A DNA stretch of 60,514 nt from a virus (taxonomy: Duplodnaviria; Caudoviricetes). The translations under genes and the position numbers were made by a program. Of the stretch, positions 17,888 to 27,367 are shown piece after piece; the first letter of the stretch is position 1, and each line of letters opens with the position of its first letter. The notes beneath the pieces are model-generated. The model was given only the letters and a program-made list of their open reading frames with translations, ran no database searches and was not told the DNA's origin. The stretch is from positions 1 through 60,514 of the IMG/VR virus record IMGVR_UViG_3300042890_002482. One strand, given 5' to 3'.

Positions 17888-20149
17888 ATGGGAATTCAAG
17901 CAACAGATAGAAATAGATCCTTATTTCTAAAAGGATTTAATCTCTCCAGGTCCGGAGCAAACGAGGACCCAACCTACCTTGGGTTTAAATTTGTGTTCGA
18001 TTTTGGGTCTCTTCCAGTCAACCTTGAGTACGGATGGGCACCAAGTCCTCTCCTGAGGGTCCCGAACTATACAACGACCGACGGAGCAGCAAATATGCCG
18101 CAGAACATGTTTGGGCAGCCTCAGTATGATTTTACTTCAACCAACGTTGTCTATTACTCTGCATATAACTACCTTCTACAGAGAGACGGATCCTACCTAA
18201 GAGGAAATGCACTTAAGAGAGCAAATGCTCTTAGACAGTTTCAAATCCTACTCCAGGACATTAACAACAATTCCCCCTGGTTTTTCCAGTCAATAGACGG
18301 CTTAGATCAGCTGGAGAAGTTTTCAGCTTCTGGATTTCAACCTGAAGCAGGAATGGACTCCTACAACTCGGCTAGAACTGCAGGAAAAAAGCTAACAATC
18401 AACTGTCTGGAATCTCTAAACATGAGAATGACAGCATTGGCTAATCTCTACAATCAAGCAATGTTTGATGCGGACAATATGAGATGGTTAGTTCCTAGAA
18501 ACCTGAGGAAATTTACCATGTGGATCTACGTCACTGAGATTAGAAATTTCTTCAAAACGACTAGACTCACCGGATCTTCTGCAGCAGTTTCTGCACTTGA
18601 CGATCTAACCTCTCTACTTAGCTCCAATCGAAATCCAGGAGGATCTATCGCAAACACACCTCCAGGGGAAAGGCAGCCTGCAGGAGCAGGAAATGCTTTC
18701 AATTCATTTACCAGGGGGGTTTTGTCCCAATCTGGTCTGATGAACGACATTGATGCTTTTAGAAACCAACAAGACCAAAGCGGAATTAAACCTGTCTTAA
18801 TTTATGAGTGCCAGCAGTGTGAGTTTGATTTTTCTAAAGTTTCCCCTTTTGGAACCATCGACGCGGGGATAACTCCAGAAGAAGCGAAAGTTTCTTTTGA
18901 TATCCACGTCGGAAAGGTTAGAATGAAGACCCAGTTTCCTAACATCAGAACAGACGGAAATTATCTGGTTCTGGGTGACTCTTACGACCAAAATAGAAGT
19001 ACAGTTCAGATCTACAACGACAGTCTAGATTTAGAAACTATCACTAGTTTGGGAAGAGAAGCACTAACCAATATTACATCCCAAGCAATCAGTGATCTGA
19101 TCAACGAGGGTATAGCCCAATACATAACCCCCGCTCTTGGTGGAATTAGCCAGAGCATGCTCGGTAACATCTACACATTTAATCCTACCCAGTTAGCAAG
19201 ACTAACTAATCAAGGGGGACAGTTTGGATTCTTTAATGCCCAGAATTTTTTAAATGGAGCAGCACAGACCGGAGTTGACAATGTGTTTGCCGGAAATCTG
19301 CCTAACCCACAAAGTGTTGGACTGGGTGGACCACCGGATAGACTTTATCCGACGATCCAGACCGACAAGGATGCTTACCCTGGTGTTCCTGGACCAGACC
19401 TCGGCGTTCCCTCTAGAGTTTATACAATGCGGAAGAGCGACGAGTATTTGGATGTTCCTGGTTCTGATCTTGGAGTTCCTGGAAGAGTTTATCCAACCCC
19501 GACAGGAGACGAATACCCAACTTCTCCTGGATCTGATCTTGGAGTTCCCGATAGAATTTATCCAATCCCGACCGGAGACGTATATCCAACCTCTCCTGGG
19601 TCTGATCTTGGGGTACCCGATAGAATCTACCCAGCACCGGGTGGAGACGAATATGCAGATGTCCCCGGAAGAGATCTTGGAGTTCCCGACAGGGCATATC
19701 CTGGATTTAGAATCGATGAATATGCATCGGTCCCTGGTGGAGATTTAGGAGTTCCTAATAGAGCTTATCCAAGTCCTGCCGGAAATGTCTATCCTGACTC
19801 TATGTCCTCTCCTTTTTCGGAGCAGAACATAGGAAAAGTCTATTCTCCAGAGTCCCCAATCTTTGCGGGGAACGAACTTAGATCCTCTTCTAACGTCTTT
19901 GATACTCCTCCAGCTCCGGTGTACAGCGCCACCTCTCCAAACTATAGAAGAGGAGACATCGGAAGAGAATATCCACCAACCACAGGAGACTTCATTCCTA
20001 TGGCACCTGTGGATCTTGGAAACACTAAAGGAGAAGACACGTTTAATATAAGTCTGGGAACTAGAAATGGACCTATCCCCGGTGTAGTCCCCCTAGCAGG
20101 AACTGATCAAATCGGGTCGGATAGCGGTGTAATAGTACCAAATAAATAA
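17888..20149 (+). CDS. Tail/baseplate protein (possible tube-like N-terminal domain) with Pro/Gly/Tyr tandem-repeat C-terminus
   Basis: 753 aa between the hub and spike genes; six 23-aa repeats. Confidence 0.55.
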   Translation: MGIQATDRNRSLFLKGFNLSRSGANEDPTYLGFKFVFDFGSLPVNLEYGWAPSPLLRVPNYTTTDGAANMPQNMFGQPQYDFTSTNVVYYSAYNYLLQRDGSYLRGNALKRANALRQFQILLQDINNNSPWFFQSIDGLDQLEKFSASGFQPEAGMDSYNSARTAGKKLTINCLESLNMRMTALANLYNQAMFDADNMRWLVPRNLRKFTMWIYVTEIRNFFKTTRLTGSSAAVSALDDLTSLLSSNRNPGGSIANTPPGERQPAGAGNAFNSFTRGVLSQSGLMNDIDAFRNQQDQSGIKPVLIYECQQCEFDFSKVSPFGTIDAGITPEEAKVSFDIHVGKVRMKTQFPNIRTDGNYLVLGDSYDQNRSTVQIYNDSLDLETITSLGREALTNITSQAISDLINEGIAQYITPALGGISQSMLGNIYTFNPTQLARLTNQGGQFGFFNAQNFLNGAAQTGVDNVFAGNLPNPQSVGLGGPPDRLYPTIQTDKDAYPGVPGPDLGVPSRVYTMRKSDEYLDVPGSDLGVPGRVYPTPTGDEYPTSPGSDLGVPDRIYPIPTGDVYPTSPGSDLGVPDRIYPAPGGDEYADVPGRDLGVPDRAYPGFRIDEYASVPGGDLGVPNRAYPSPAGNVYPDSMSSPFSEQNIGKVYSPESPIFAGNELRSSSNVFDTPPAPVYSATSPNYRRGDIGREYPPTTGDFIPMAPVDLGNTKGEDTFNISLGTRNGPIPGVVPLAGTDQIGSDSGVIVPNK
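19388..19801 (+). repeat. Six tandem in-frame 69-bp (23-aa) repeats PGxDLGVPxRxYxxxxxDxYxxx
   Basis: Units start at 19388, 19457, 19526, 19595, 19664 and 19733; a degenerate unit precedes them. Confidence 0.92.
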
Positions 20150-20151
20150 TT

Positions 20152-20823
20152 ATGAGCAACCCTCACGTCCATCTTGGAGAAATAGTAGATATCAACGACC
20201 CTTTGAAGCAAGGAAGAGCGAGGGTTAGAATTTTTGGATTCTTTGAAGATCTAGAGATTGAAGATATTCCTTGGGCAGAACAGATTTCAGGTCTTTCCTT
20301 CTCCTCTGCAAGAGGGAATGGAAACATTAGTGTTCCTAGGGTTGGAGCAATAGTAAATGCCCAGTTTGATGGGTCCAATTACTACAAAGTCTTCTATGAA
20401 TTCGAAAAGGAGACATCCCCTGATTTATTAGCCGAGATTGCAGATTCGTACGAGGGAGCACAGTCCATCTGGTACGACACGGATGCACAGCCCGGTCCTC
20501 TTAAACTTTTTTATACTAGAAAGAAGGGTTTAGTAATCTCACTAGGAGACGCTAAAGTCCAGCTGGACACACAGGACGGAGGGCAACTAAGAGTTGTGAT
20601 CGAGATGGGAAGTGATCAGATTAGAATGGAGAACAGCAAGGTCATCATCAACTCCAATAATATAGAACTAGGAGAAAATGCAGTCGAGGCAGTCATTAAG
20701 GGAAATACCTTCCAAAACTATTTCAACTCACACACTCATATCGGAAATCTAGGTGCTCCAACCAGCACCCCAGTCGTACCCTCAACCCCGAATCATCTTT
20801 CGACGGTCAGTAAAACCCGATAA
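20152..20823 (+). CDS. Baseplate central spike, gp5/gpV-like (OB-fold, no lysozyme domain)
   Basis: GEIVDINDPLKQGRARVRIFG, IPWA, VPRVGAIV.AQF; C-terminal FNSHTH metal-binding tip motif. Confidence 0.88.
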   Translation: MSNPHVHLGEIVDINDPLKQGRARVRIFGFFEDLEIEDIPWAEQISGLSFSSARGNGNISVPRVGAIVNAQFDGSNYYKVFYEFEKETSPDLLAEIADSYEGAQSIWYDTDAQPGPLKLFYTRKKGLVISLGDAKVQLDTQDGGQLRVVIEMGSDQIRMENSKVIINSNNIELGENAVEAVIKGNTFQNYFNSHTHIGNLGAPTSTPVVPSTPNHLSTVSKTR

Positions 20824-20829
20824 TCCAAT

Positions 20830-23526
20830 ATGGCAGTTCTTCCGAATAAGATACTAACAGACCAGAAGATAACAGAGTTCATAGATCAAACCAACACAAA
20901 TGCTAAAGACATAGTTGGCGATTCTAAGTTCGTTATTCCTTCCCCAGATCTCCCGGGGATCGGAATGCTGATTAAACTCTGGATTAGACAGAGCGAAAAA
21001 GCATTCTCCTCCTATTTTGTTCCTATTCTAGCCGTGAAGGATTCCCTTAGTAATTTAACAGAGATACCAGGGAAGATCCAAGACATTAGTGGATTTATCA
21101 CAAACCCCGTCCAGACCCTATTGAACGAGACGATCAACAACCAGGTTGCTTCGGACTTCTTTCTTCCCCTTAAACTCATTCTCAATGGCAAGTCCTCTGC
21201 AGATTTTGGAAGACTGAAAGATCTAGTTGATAGAGCAGACTCGGAGATAACTTCCCCTGCTGCAGACACGAGACCTAAATTCCCGTATGTGCTGGGTAAG
21301 ATAGGATCTGAGCCTGAACCTGGAGAATATACAATCAACACCCCGGACCCAGAAACGTCCACCTTACTGTCGATTAATCTGCAGGACTATAACGGTGACT
21401 CTACTGGTGCATCTTTTTCCTCTCTGATAGTAGGAGATGTAATTAGTCTAGAACAGGATGGGATCTCTCAATCTTGGATTATTAAATCTATTATAATAAA
21501 TCCCGGATATTACTCTTTTGGTGTGGTTCCTCAGAACGAAACCGCATCCCAGGAATTGTTTGCAGTAAGGGAGAAGACCGTATATTTACAAACAAACCCT
21601 AACCCTTTAACTGCAGGAGCAAAAGCACTCCTTGCTCTTCTGACCGACGGAAGTGGGAAAATAAAATTCCCGATCACAATCACATTATCTGATCTCCTTC
21701 CTGTTGTTGGACTTCCAAGTATTGGATTTCCTTTAAACCTAATCTCGCTGGAGATCGGAAACTTTGATGCTCTTCCTGAGGACAGTCCTCTTGCAAAAAA
21801 AATCAAGGACCTGGAGGACAAGAGCGGGTGGAATTTCCAGACTGATGTCCTCGACAAAATTCTAAAGGGAAAATACCCGAAGATAGATTATCCTGCAGAT
21901 CCAAATCAGCCGAAGTCCGAGAAATTAAAAGCTAGAGAGGAACTTCTTGCGATTGCAAAGCTGGTTCAGCTGATATTTACAAGTCCTGGAGATTTTTTTA
22001 AGATCATTGGAAACTACCTAAAACTTCTCCTTCTCCCCCTTCAGATTGTCGTCGGAACTATAACTGCAATCTTTAGTGCTGTTCTTGAAAATCCGCTGAG
22101 CATTTTTAGTATCATTTCTAAATTTTTAACCGATCCACTTGGAGCACTCGGAGATCTCATAGCGGAAGCAATCTTAACATCTATTCGTCCTTATCTAGAA
22201 CCGACACTTGTCTCTGCTGGAATAACCTGGGAAGATGCCACCAACGAGACGATAAACGGAAGAAAAACCGGAAAGGGGCTTGAACCCTTAATCAGTGACC
22301 TTGTGATCGGAAGATTTAAGTGTAAAGGCATAAAAGGAACAGGGAATGCTACCGTGTCCCAGACTTCCCCGACCCCAGGATCGACCGGAGCGGAGTCTTC
22401 TATAGAATTTACCAACTACAGCTATTCGATTAAGTACGACGGAACCCCTCCTGAACAGGGAGAAGTCTCGTTAAATAATTCTGACTTAAATAAAGTCAAC
22501 ATTATTAAGATAAGCTCGATTGATGCAAATGTAAATTCAACTCTTTCTAACCTTGTTGAACTTACCCCTGGATCTGAGATCTCTATCCCTAAAGATGGAG
22601 GAACCTGGGTCTATGCTGTAAACCAAAGAATATCCCCAACCGGTAATCTTTCTTACTTTGACTACCAAGTCTCTCTAGTCTATGGGCCAGGCCAAGAATC
22701 CCCTGCAGGGATAGCAGACCAGATTAAGAATGCGTCTTCTCCTGTGAATGGTACAAATAGGGCAGTACTTTCCCCTGGTGCAAACCTTGCAAATTTCCAG
22801 TTTGCTTCTTCTGATCCTCTTCTTCAGTGTTTAATCGAAAACTATCTTCCAATTAAGATTATAGCAATCTGGGAAAGTGTTAAGGGAATCCTCGGGATCA
22901 TTCTAGGATTTGCTGCTACTATTCCTTCCTTAATCGGAGCTGTGTTTGAATCTATCTTTAGCCTTCCCGAATTTAGCAATCCCCTAGCACCTCTTCTTCA
23001 GAATCTGGTAGATTCAAACGGAACCCCGTTGGATGGGATTTTCTCCACTTCCTCTTCTGCTTCTGTTCTAGATGCCTTAGACTCTCTAACCTCAACTAAT
23101 GGAATAGATCAGATCTTTAAAAGAACATCAGATAAAACATCTTTGAAAACAGTTTATCCGAATCTTGTTACTGATAATAACTTTAAAAATAATATCGGAA
23201 TAGATTCTATCAGCACAGTGGATCTGGGAAAAAGAATAAAAATTCTTCTGGCTTTGGCTAAACTTGAGTCTACCTCAGTCAATAATCAGGGGGATGTTTT
23301 AGTTAATTTTTCTGCCGCTGCTTCTACCGTTTCCAATAAAACGGTAACAGTTAAGTTCTTTGATGGGACTGAGCAAACTGTCTCCCTATCCGACTTTAAT
23401 AAGTACAGAATTTCCAAAGAGGAGGGAAACCCTTTGGATAAAATTACCGGACTTAGATATATTCAAGACATTAAAGGCCAGCTAGAAATAGCAGCAGCAC
23501 TTTTGAAAGCACAAATCGTAGTGTAA
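20830..23526 (+). CDS. Large structural protein with amphipathic/hydrophobic helices and two internal beta modules
   Basis: 898 aa directly after the spike gene. Confidence 0.6.
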   Translation: MAVLPNKILTDQKITEFIDQTNTNAKDIVGDSKFVIPSPDLPGIGMLIKLWIRQSEKAFSSYFVPILAVKDSLSNLTEIPGKIQDISGFITNPVQTLLNETINNQVASDFFLPLKLILNGKSSADFGRLKDLVDRADSEITSPAADTRPKFPYVLGKIGSEPEPGEYTINTPDPETSTLLSINLQDYNGDSTGASFSSLIVGDVISLEQDGISQSWIIKSIIINPGYYSFGVVPQNETASQELFAVREKTVYLQTNPNPLTAGAKALLALLTDGSGKIKFPITITLSDLLPVVGLPSIGFPLNLISLEIGNFDALPEDSPLAKKIKDLEDKSGWNFQTDVLDKILKGKYPKIDYPADPNQPKSEKLKAREELLAIAKLVQLIFTSPGDFFKIIGNYLKLLLLPLQIVVGTITAIFSAVLENPLSIFSIISKFLTDPLGALGDLIAEAILTSIRPYLEPTLVSAGITWEDATNETINGRKTGKGLEPLISDLVIGRFKCKGIKGTGNATVSQTSPTPGSTGAESSIEFTNYSYSIKYDGTPPEQGEVSLNNSDLNKVNIIKISSIDANVNSTLSNLVELTPGSEISIPKDGGTWVYAVNQRISPTGNLSYFDYQVSLVYGPGQESPAGIADQIKNASSPVNGTNRAVLSPGANLANFQFASSDPLLQCLIENYLPIKIIAIWESVKGILGIILGFAATIPSLIGAVFESIFSLPEFSNPLAPLLQNLVDSNGTPLDGIFSTSSSASVLDALDSLTSTNGIDQIFKRTSDKTSLKTVYPNLVTDNNFKNNIGIDSISTVDLGKRIKILLALAKLESTSVNNQGDVLVNFSAAASTVSNKTVTVKFFDGTEQTVSLSDFNKYRISKEEGNPLDKITGLRYIQDIKGQLEIAAALLKAQIVV

Positions 23527-23528
23527 AA

Positions 23529-23536
23529 GATATATA
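23529..23536 (+). promoter_or_regulatory. Putative late promoter motif GATATATA
   Basis: 31 nt upstream of the S1-like gene. Confidence 0.6.
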
Positions 23537-23567
23537 CAAGAATTCACCCTTTTAAACAACAAATATA

Positions 23568-24737
23568 ATGGAAAAAATCTCTTTAGGAAAAGAAGAAAAA
23601 GAAACCTTTAACTGGGACATTCCCAGTGGACTGACCGTAAACAAAAAAATTCACACACCTGGGCACACAAAAATTTATTCCCATGAGGGATATGCTTCTG
23701 TTTTGTATTCTCTATATTGTGGATCTAATCCAAGCGTTCTTGGATTCTCTAAGGATCTACAGGACGGGGAAATTTACAAATGTAGAATTACGACAGTTAG
23801 CGAAAATACTGCTCTTGGACACACCGAGACTGGCCAGACCATTTTTATTGATCTAAAGAAAGAGAGGAAAGATGCAATTAGATTAAACATCCAGGGTCTT
23901 GACTTCTCAGTTTCTAGTGAAATAGAAGCTATCGTTAGAGACATTAACGGAACTTATCACGGTTCGGTTGTTGAGTGCTATGTTCATAGTCTGAAGGCAG
24001 AATTTTTCGACCAAATTAAGAAGTGCTCTGTTGCATATCCTGCTAAAATCGAATCAGTTAACAAAGGTGGATTCCTAGTTGATATTTCTGGAGTTAAGTG
24101 CTTTATGCCTGGCTCTCTTGCAGCGGCGAATAAAATTACAGACTTTGAATCTTACCTAGGGAAAACCCTCTATGTAATGATAGACGGCTACGTTCAAGTT
24201 AAAGATATTTTCGTAGTTTCCTACAAGAAGTATTTGAATCACATCATGAATTCTAAAATCCAAGAGCTAGATCTTACCAAGAAATACAAAGGTTCTGTTA
24301 CCGGATCTTCTTCGTTTGGTTTGTTTGTTGAATGGGAAGACATCTACACCGGTCTGATTCATAAAACAGAATTCGAAAATCAAGTTGTTCAAGGGTTCAA
24401 TCCTGGTGACGAGATAGAATTCTACGTTAAAGAAGTTAAAGAGGACAATAAGTTGACCCTGACTTTTGGTGCTCCTGTTGAGAAGACCGTTAAGATCTAC
24501 GAGATCAAAGAGGCAATCGACAATGGAACTATCCAAACTATGGCTGGGATTATTAAGTACAAGAGAAAAAATGGATGCTTAGTTGAAGTTCCCGAAACTG
24601 GAATGATGGCTATGATCCCTCAAGAAAAAGTAACCGAAGATCTTAAAAATGCTAAACCTGGAGACAGGATTGCAATTTTGATCTACGAAGTAGACCCAGT
24701 AATGGGAAAAATATTTGCAAAACCTGTAAATGTCTAA
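23568..24737 (+). CDS. Ribosomal protein bS1-like multi-S1-domain RNA-binding protein
   Basis: About four OB/S1 repeats; NKGGFLVDISGVKCFMPGSLA resembles bS1 domain 2, and FGLFVEWEDIYTGLIHKTE is a canonical S1 signature. Confidence 0.85.
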   Translation: MEKISLGKEEKETFNWDIPSGLTVNKKIHTPGHTKIYSHEGYASVLYSLYCGSNPSVLGFSKDLQDGEIYKCRITTVSENTALGHTETGQTIFIDLKKERKDAIRLNIQGLDFSVSSEIEAIVRDINGTYHGSVVECYVHSLKAEFFDQIKKCSVAYPAKIESVNKGGFLVDISGVKCFMPGSLAAANKITDFESYLGKTLYVMIDGYVQVKDIFVVSYKKYLNHIMNSKIQELDLTKKYKGSVTGSSSFGLFVEWEDIYTGLIHKTEFENQVVQGFNPGDEIEFYVKEVKEDNKLTLTFGAPVEKTVKIYEIKEAIDNGTIQTMAGIIKYKRKNGCLVEVPETGMMAMIPQEKVTEDLKNAKPGDRIAILIYEVDPVMGKIFAKPVNV

Positions 24738-26151
24738 CGACCTAAATCACTTTGATAGACTCCATGCTTTAAATGCATCGGTCATTGGATTTGAATTCGA
24801 ATTCTTTTCCAACATGGTCCGTGGTAGAATCGTGGAGTCTCTATCTAAGCTTTTAGGAAAGAAGGTAATTCTATCTTCTAAATACCACTCTAAAATTCCA
24901 GTTAATCAAGACACGTTCAAACTTGAACCCGATTATTCAGGGGGAAGTAAGATGAACGAGCTTATCACTGGTCCTATGCCGTATGCAGAGGCAATGCCCG
25001 TTCTGATTAAGGTTTTAAGATGGATAGATGAAAATGGATGGACTAACGACAAGTGTGCTTTCCAGTTCTCCGTCAGCTTCGACAAAATGAGAAAAGACGT
25101 TGTTACCAGAATGGAAAACCTGGATAGACTCCAGTTTATTCTGGGACTGGACGAAGGAATGATCTATTCTAAATTCGGAAACAGAACAAATAACGTCTAT
25201 GCAAAATCTATCAAAAAGGTTACTCCTAGAAATAGATTTACCTCGATAGAAAATTTAACCAATATCGACCCTAAGATCTTTAAACTTCCTGACGATAAGT
25301 ACTACGGAGCCAACTTTACAAAGTTGAAGGACGGGTACATTGAGATCAGATATCTCGGAGGCAGGGACTACCAGAAGAAGATAACTCAGATTAGAGAAAT
25401 CATCGACTACGTAATTATCCACCTTTATAACATCCTCAGCGGAAGATCATCATACACACAGAAGGATCTTGATTCACTAAAGCAGATGATGAGAGAATAT
25501 TCTAAGGTTGTGAAAAGCTTCTCCGACCCGAGAGCCTTCTTTATGCACTATCCAGATCTTCATCTCCTGGTCGATCTAAAGGGTTTTGAAGAGAATATCA
25601 AGTCTTACTTCCCTATGATCAGAGATAAAGTTTTCGATCTGATTGTTGATGGAGACGTTAGACATGGATTTTTTAACTATGACACATCAACTGGAAGATT
25701 TCAGCTGAAGAACTCCAGAATTAGAGACGCTGCTGCTGTTACCGATATTGATCTTTTGGACTGTGATATCAAAGGATCTAGACTTTTAAACTGCAATCTA
25801 TATTCTTGCAAAGTTAAAAATTGTCAGGTTGAGGATTCCCAAGTTATCACTGGAAATACAATTTCTAATTCTAAAGTTAAAAACACTTCGGCAGATTATT
25901 CCAATCATCTGGACGACTGCTATATCGATTGTGCAGAAAAGATTGTCGACTGCGACATTAGCGGAGGAGTTATTAGAAAAGCAGATCTTGGAAGAAATGC
26001 TAAAGTTAGCGAAGAGACAGAAAAAGTAAAAGACTTTGAAGACGTAAGAGCCCAGAGATTTATCTCCGACTCTAGATTGAAGGACGTTAATGTTCACTTC
26101 AAACCTCAGAAGTTTAGAGATCAAAACTGGAAGTACAAAAAACTATACTAA
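24730..26151 (+). CDS. Amidoligase-2-like (COOH-NH2 ligase) protein with C-terminal beta-helix repeats
   Basis: IGFEFEF, EPDYS, ELITGP, KYYGANF and YIEIRYLGG in the family order; period-5 Cys/Ser/Ile repeats in the last ~120 aa. Confidence 0.7.
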   Translation: MSNDLNHFDRLHALNASVIGFEFEFFSNMVRGRIVESLSKLLGKKVILSSKYHSKIPVNQDTFKLEPDYSGGSKMNELITGPMPYAEAMPVLIKVLRWIDENGWTNDKCAFQFSVSFDKMRKDVVTRMENLDRLQFILGLDEGMIYSKFGNRTNNVYAKSIKKVTPRNRFTSIENLTNIDPKIFKLPDDKYYGANFTKLKDGYIEIRYLGGRDYQKKITQIREIIDYVIIHLYNILSGRSSYTQKDLDSLKQMMREYSKVVKSFSDPRAFFMHYPDLHLLVDLKGFEENIKSYFPMIRDKVFDLIVDGDVRHGFFNYDTSTGRFQLKNSRIRDAAAVTDIDLLDCDIKGSRLLNCNLYSCKVKNCQVEDSQVITGNTISNSKVKNTSADYSNHLDDCYIDCAEKIVDCDISGGVIRKADLGRNAKVSEETEKVKDFEDVRAQRFISDSRLKDVNVHFKPQKFRDQNWKYKKLY

Positions 26152-26153
26152 TC

Positions 26154-26927
26154 ATGACCGAAGCGGAACTAATTCAAGAGATAAAGGACGACTTATCGGC
26201 GTCTTGCTCACTTCCTTATAACTTAAATGATCAGGAGATCATTAGAATTATTAACAGGGCAAAAGCCTGGATGTACGACAACTACCAGTATGCGGTGGAG
26301 CAGAGATTCTTTGTTCTAGGATCTACTCTTTTTGCTACCCCAGAATTTTTAAGAACTAGACAGATTCAGCTCCCGGAGAAGATTGTCACCGTATTCGACG
26401 TTAGAGAAGCAAACAATCCTGGTGTTTCTGGAAACCCAGATAGAGACTTTGGTAGTTCTAAGCTTCTTGGTTCTGAACTTCTTCTTTCTCCTTTTATGGG
26501 AGACAACCTAGTTTATAGAACGGTAATGTACTCCTACTTCGATCTTGCAAAAGCATATCTCCTAGAGACATTTGCTTTCAGATGGAATAAGAACACCAAA
26601 AAATTAACTATCCTGGGGAGAAACCCAGCAGGATCTCCAAATAACGTTGGAACTGGCCCTAATAACTACGTTAGATCTGTTGCAGTCAGCTGCTTTGTTG
26701 CAATCGAAGATTCTGAACTTTTCGACGACGAACTTTTTTCTAGATACTGCAGGGCAAAAGCTAAGCAGCAGCTGGCAAGAGTAATCAGCGCGTTCAACTA
26801 TAATCTTCCTGGTGGGGTTCAAGTAAACTCCGGAGACTTGAAAGCAATGGGAGACGTTGAAATGCAGGAAGTAATGGACATGATCAATGGAGAAAATACT
26901 CCGTCCTACTTCCTTCAGTGGAACTAA
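26154..26927 (+). CDS. Neck protein, T4 gp13-like
   Basis: N-terminal LNDQEIIRIINRA and C-terminal LPGGVQVNSGDLKAMG typical of gp13. Confidence 0.8.
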   Translation: MTEAELIQEIKDDLSASCSLPYNLNDQEIIRIINRAKAWMYDNYQYAVEQRFFVLGSTLFATPEFLRTRQIQLPEKIVTVFDVREANNPGVSGNPDRDFGSSKLLGSELLLSPFMGDNLVYRTVMYSYFDLAKAYLLETFAFRWNKNTKKLTILGRNPAGSPNNVGTGPNNYVRSVAVSCFVAIEDSELFDDELFSRYCRAKAKQQLARVISAFNYNLPGGVQVNSGDLKAMGDVEMQEVMDMINGENTPSYFLQWN

Positions 26928-26958
26928 TCTTTTTTATTTTCCCAGCCTTTTTAGATTG

Positions 26959-26966
26959 GATATATA
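26959..26966 (+). promoter_or_regulatory. Putative late promoter motif GATATATA
   Basis: 20 nt upstream of the gp25-like gene. Confidence 0.6.
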
Positions 26967-26986
26967 TTGGGAATTAATAGTTTCCA

Positions 26987-27358
26987 ATGATAGAGATTTA
27001 CAACAGAGATCCGGGAGATTTTGGCTACAAAAAGGACATTTTAGAGACGACAGATCCAATCGAGATCTGCATCGGCCAGCTAAAGATGCTTCTTTTGACC
27101 AATAAAGGGGAAGTCCTTGGCGACCCTAACTTTGGAATCAGCTTAGACGAATTAGTCTTCAATTTGGAACTGTCCGAGAATTCGATCAGAAGGGAGATAG
27201 ATTTCCAAATTAACACCTACTGTACACTTTTTTACCAGCTCGGTGGATACTTTAAATTGGAGTTTTTCCAGGGAACCCTGAGAGATATAGCAAATCTATA
27301 CTTCTTTATCCCCGGATATTCTAATTTGAGTCCAGCAATATCACTACAAGTAACATAA
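26987..27358 (+). CDS. Baseplate wedge subunit, gp25-like
   Basis: LLLTNKGEVLGDPNFGISLDELVF. Confidence 0.88.
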   Translation: MIEIYNRDPGDFGYKKDILETTDPIEICIGQLKMLLLTNKGEVLGDPNFGISLDELVFNLELSENSIRREIDFQINTYCTLFYQLGGYFKLEFFQGTLRDIANLYFFIPGYSNLSPAISLQVT

Positions 27359-27367
27359 CCCACAGGA

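Noticed and set aside
19388-19801. 69-bp periodic repeat as a CRISPR array
   Set aside because: The repeats are in frame, vary at synonymous positions and conserve amino acids, and the variable parts are related to each other. No cas genes are present.
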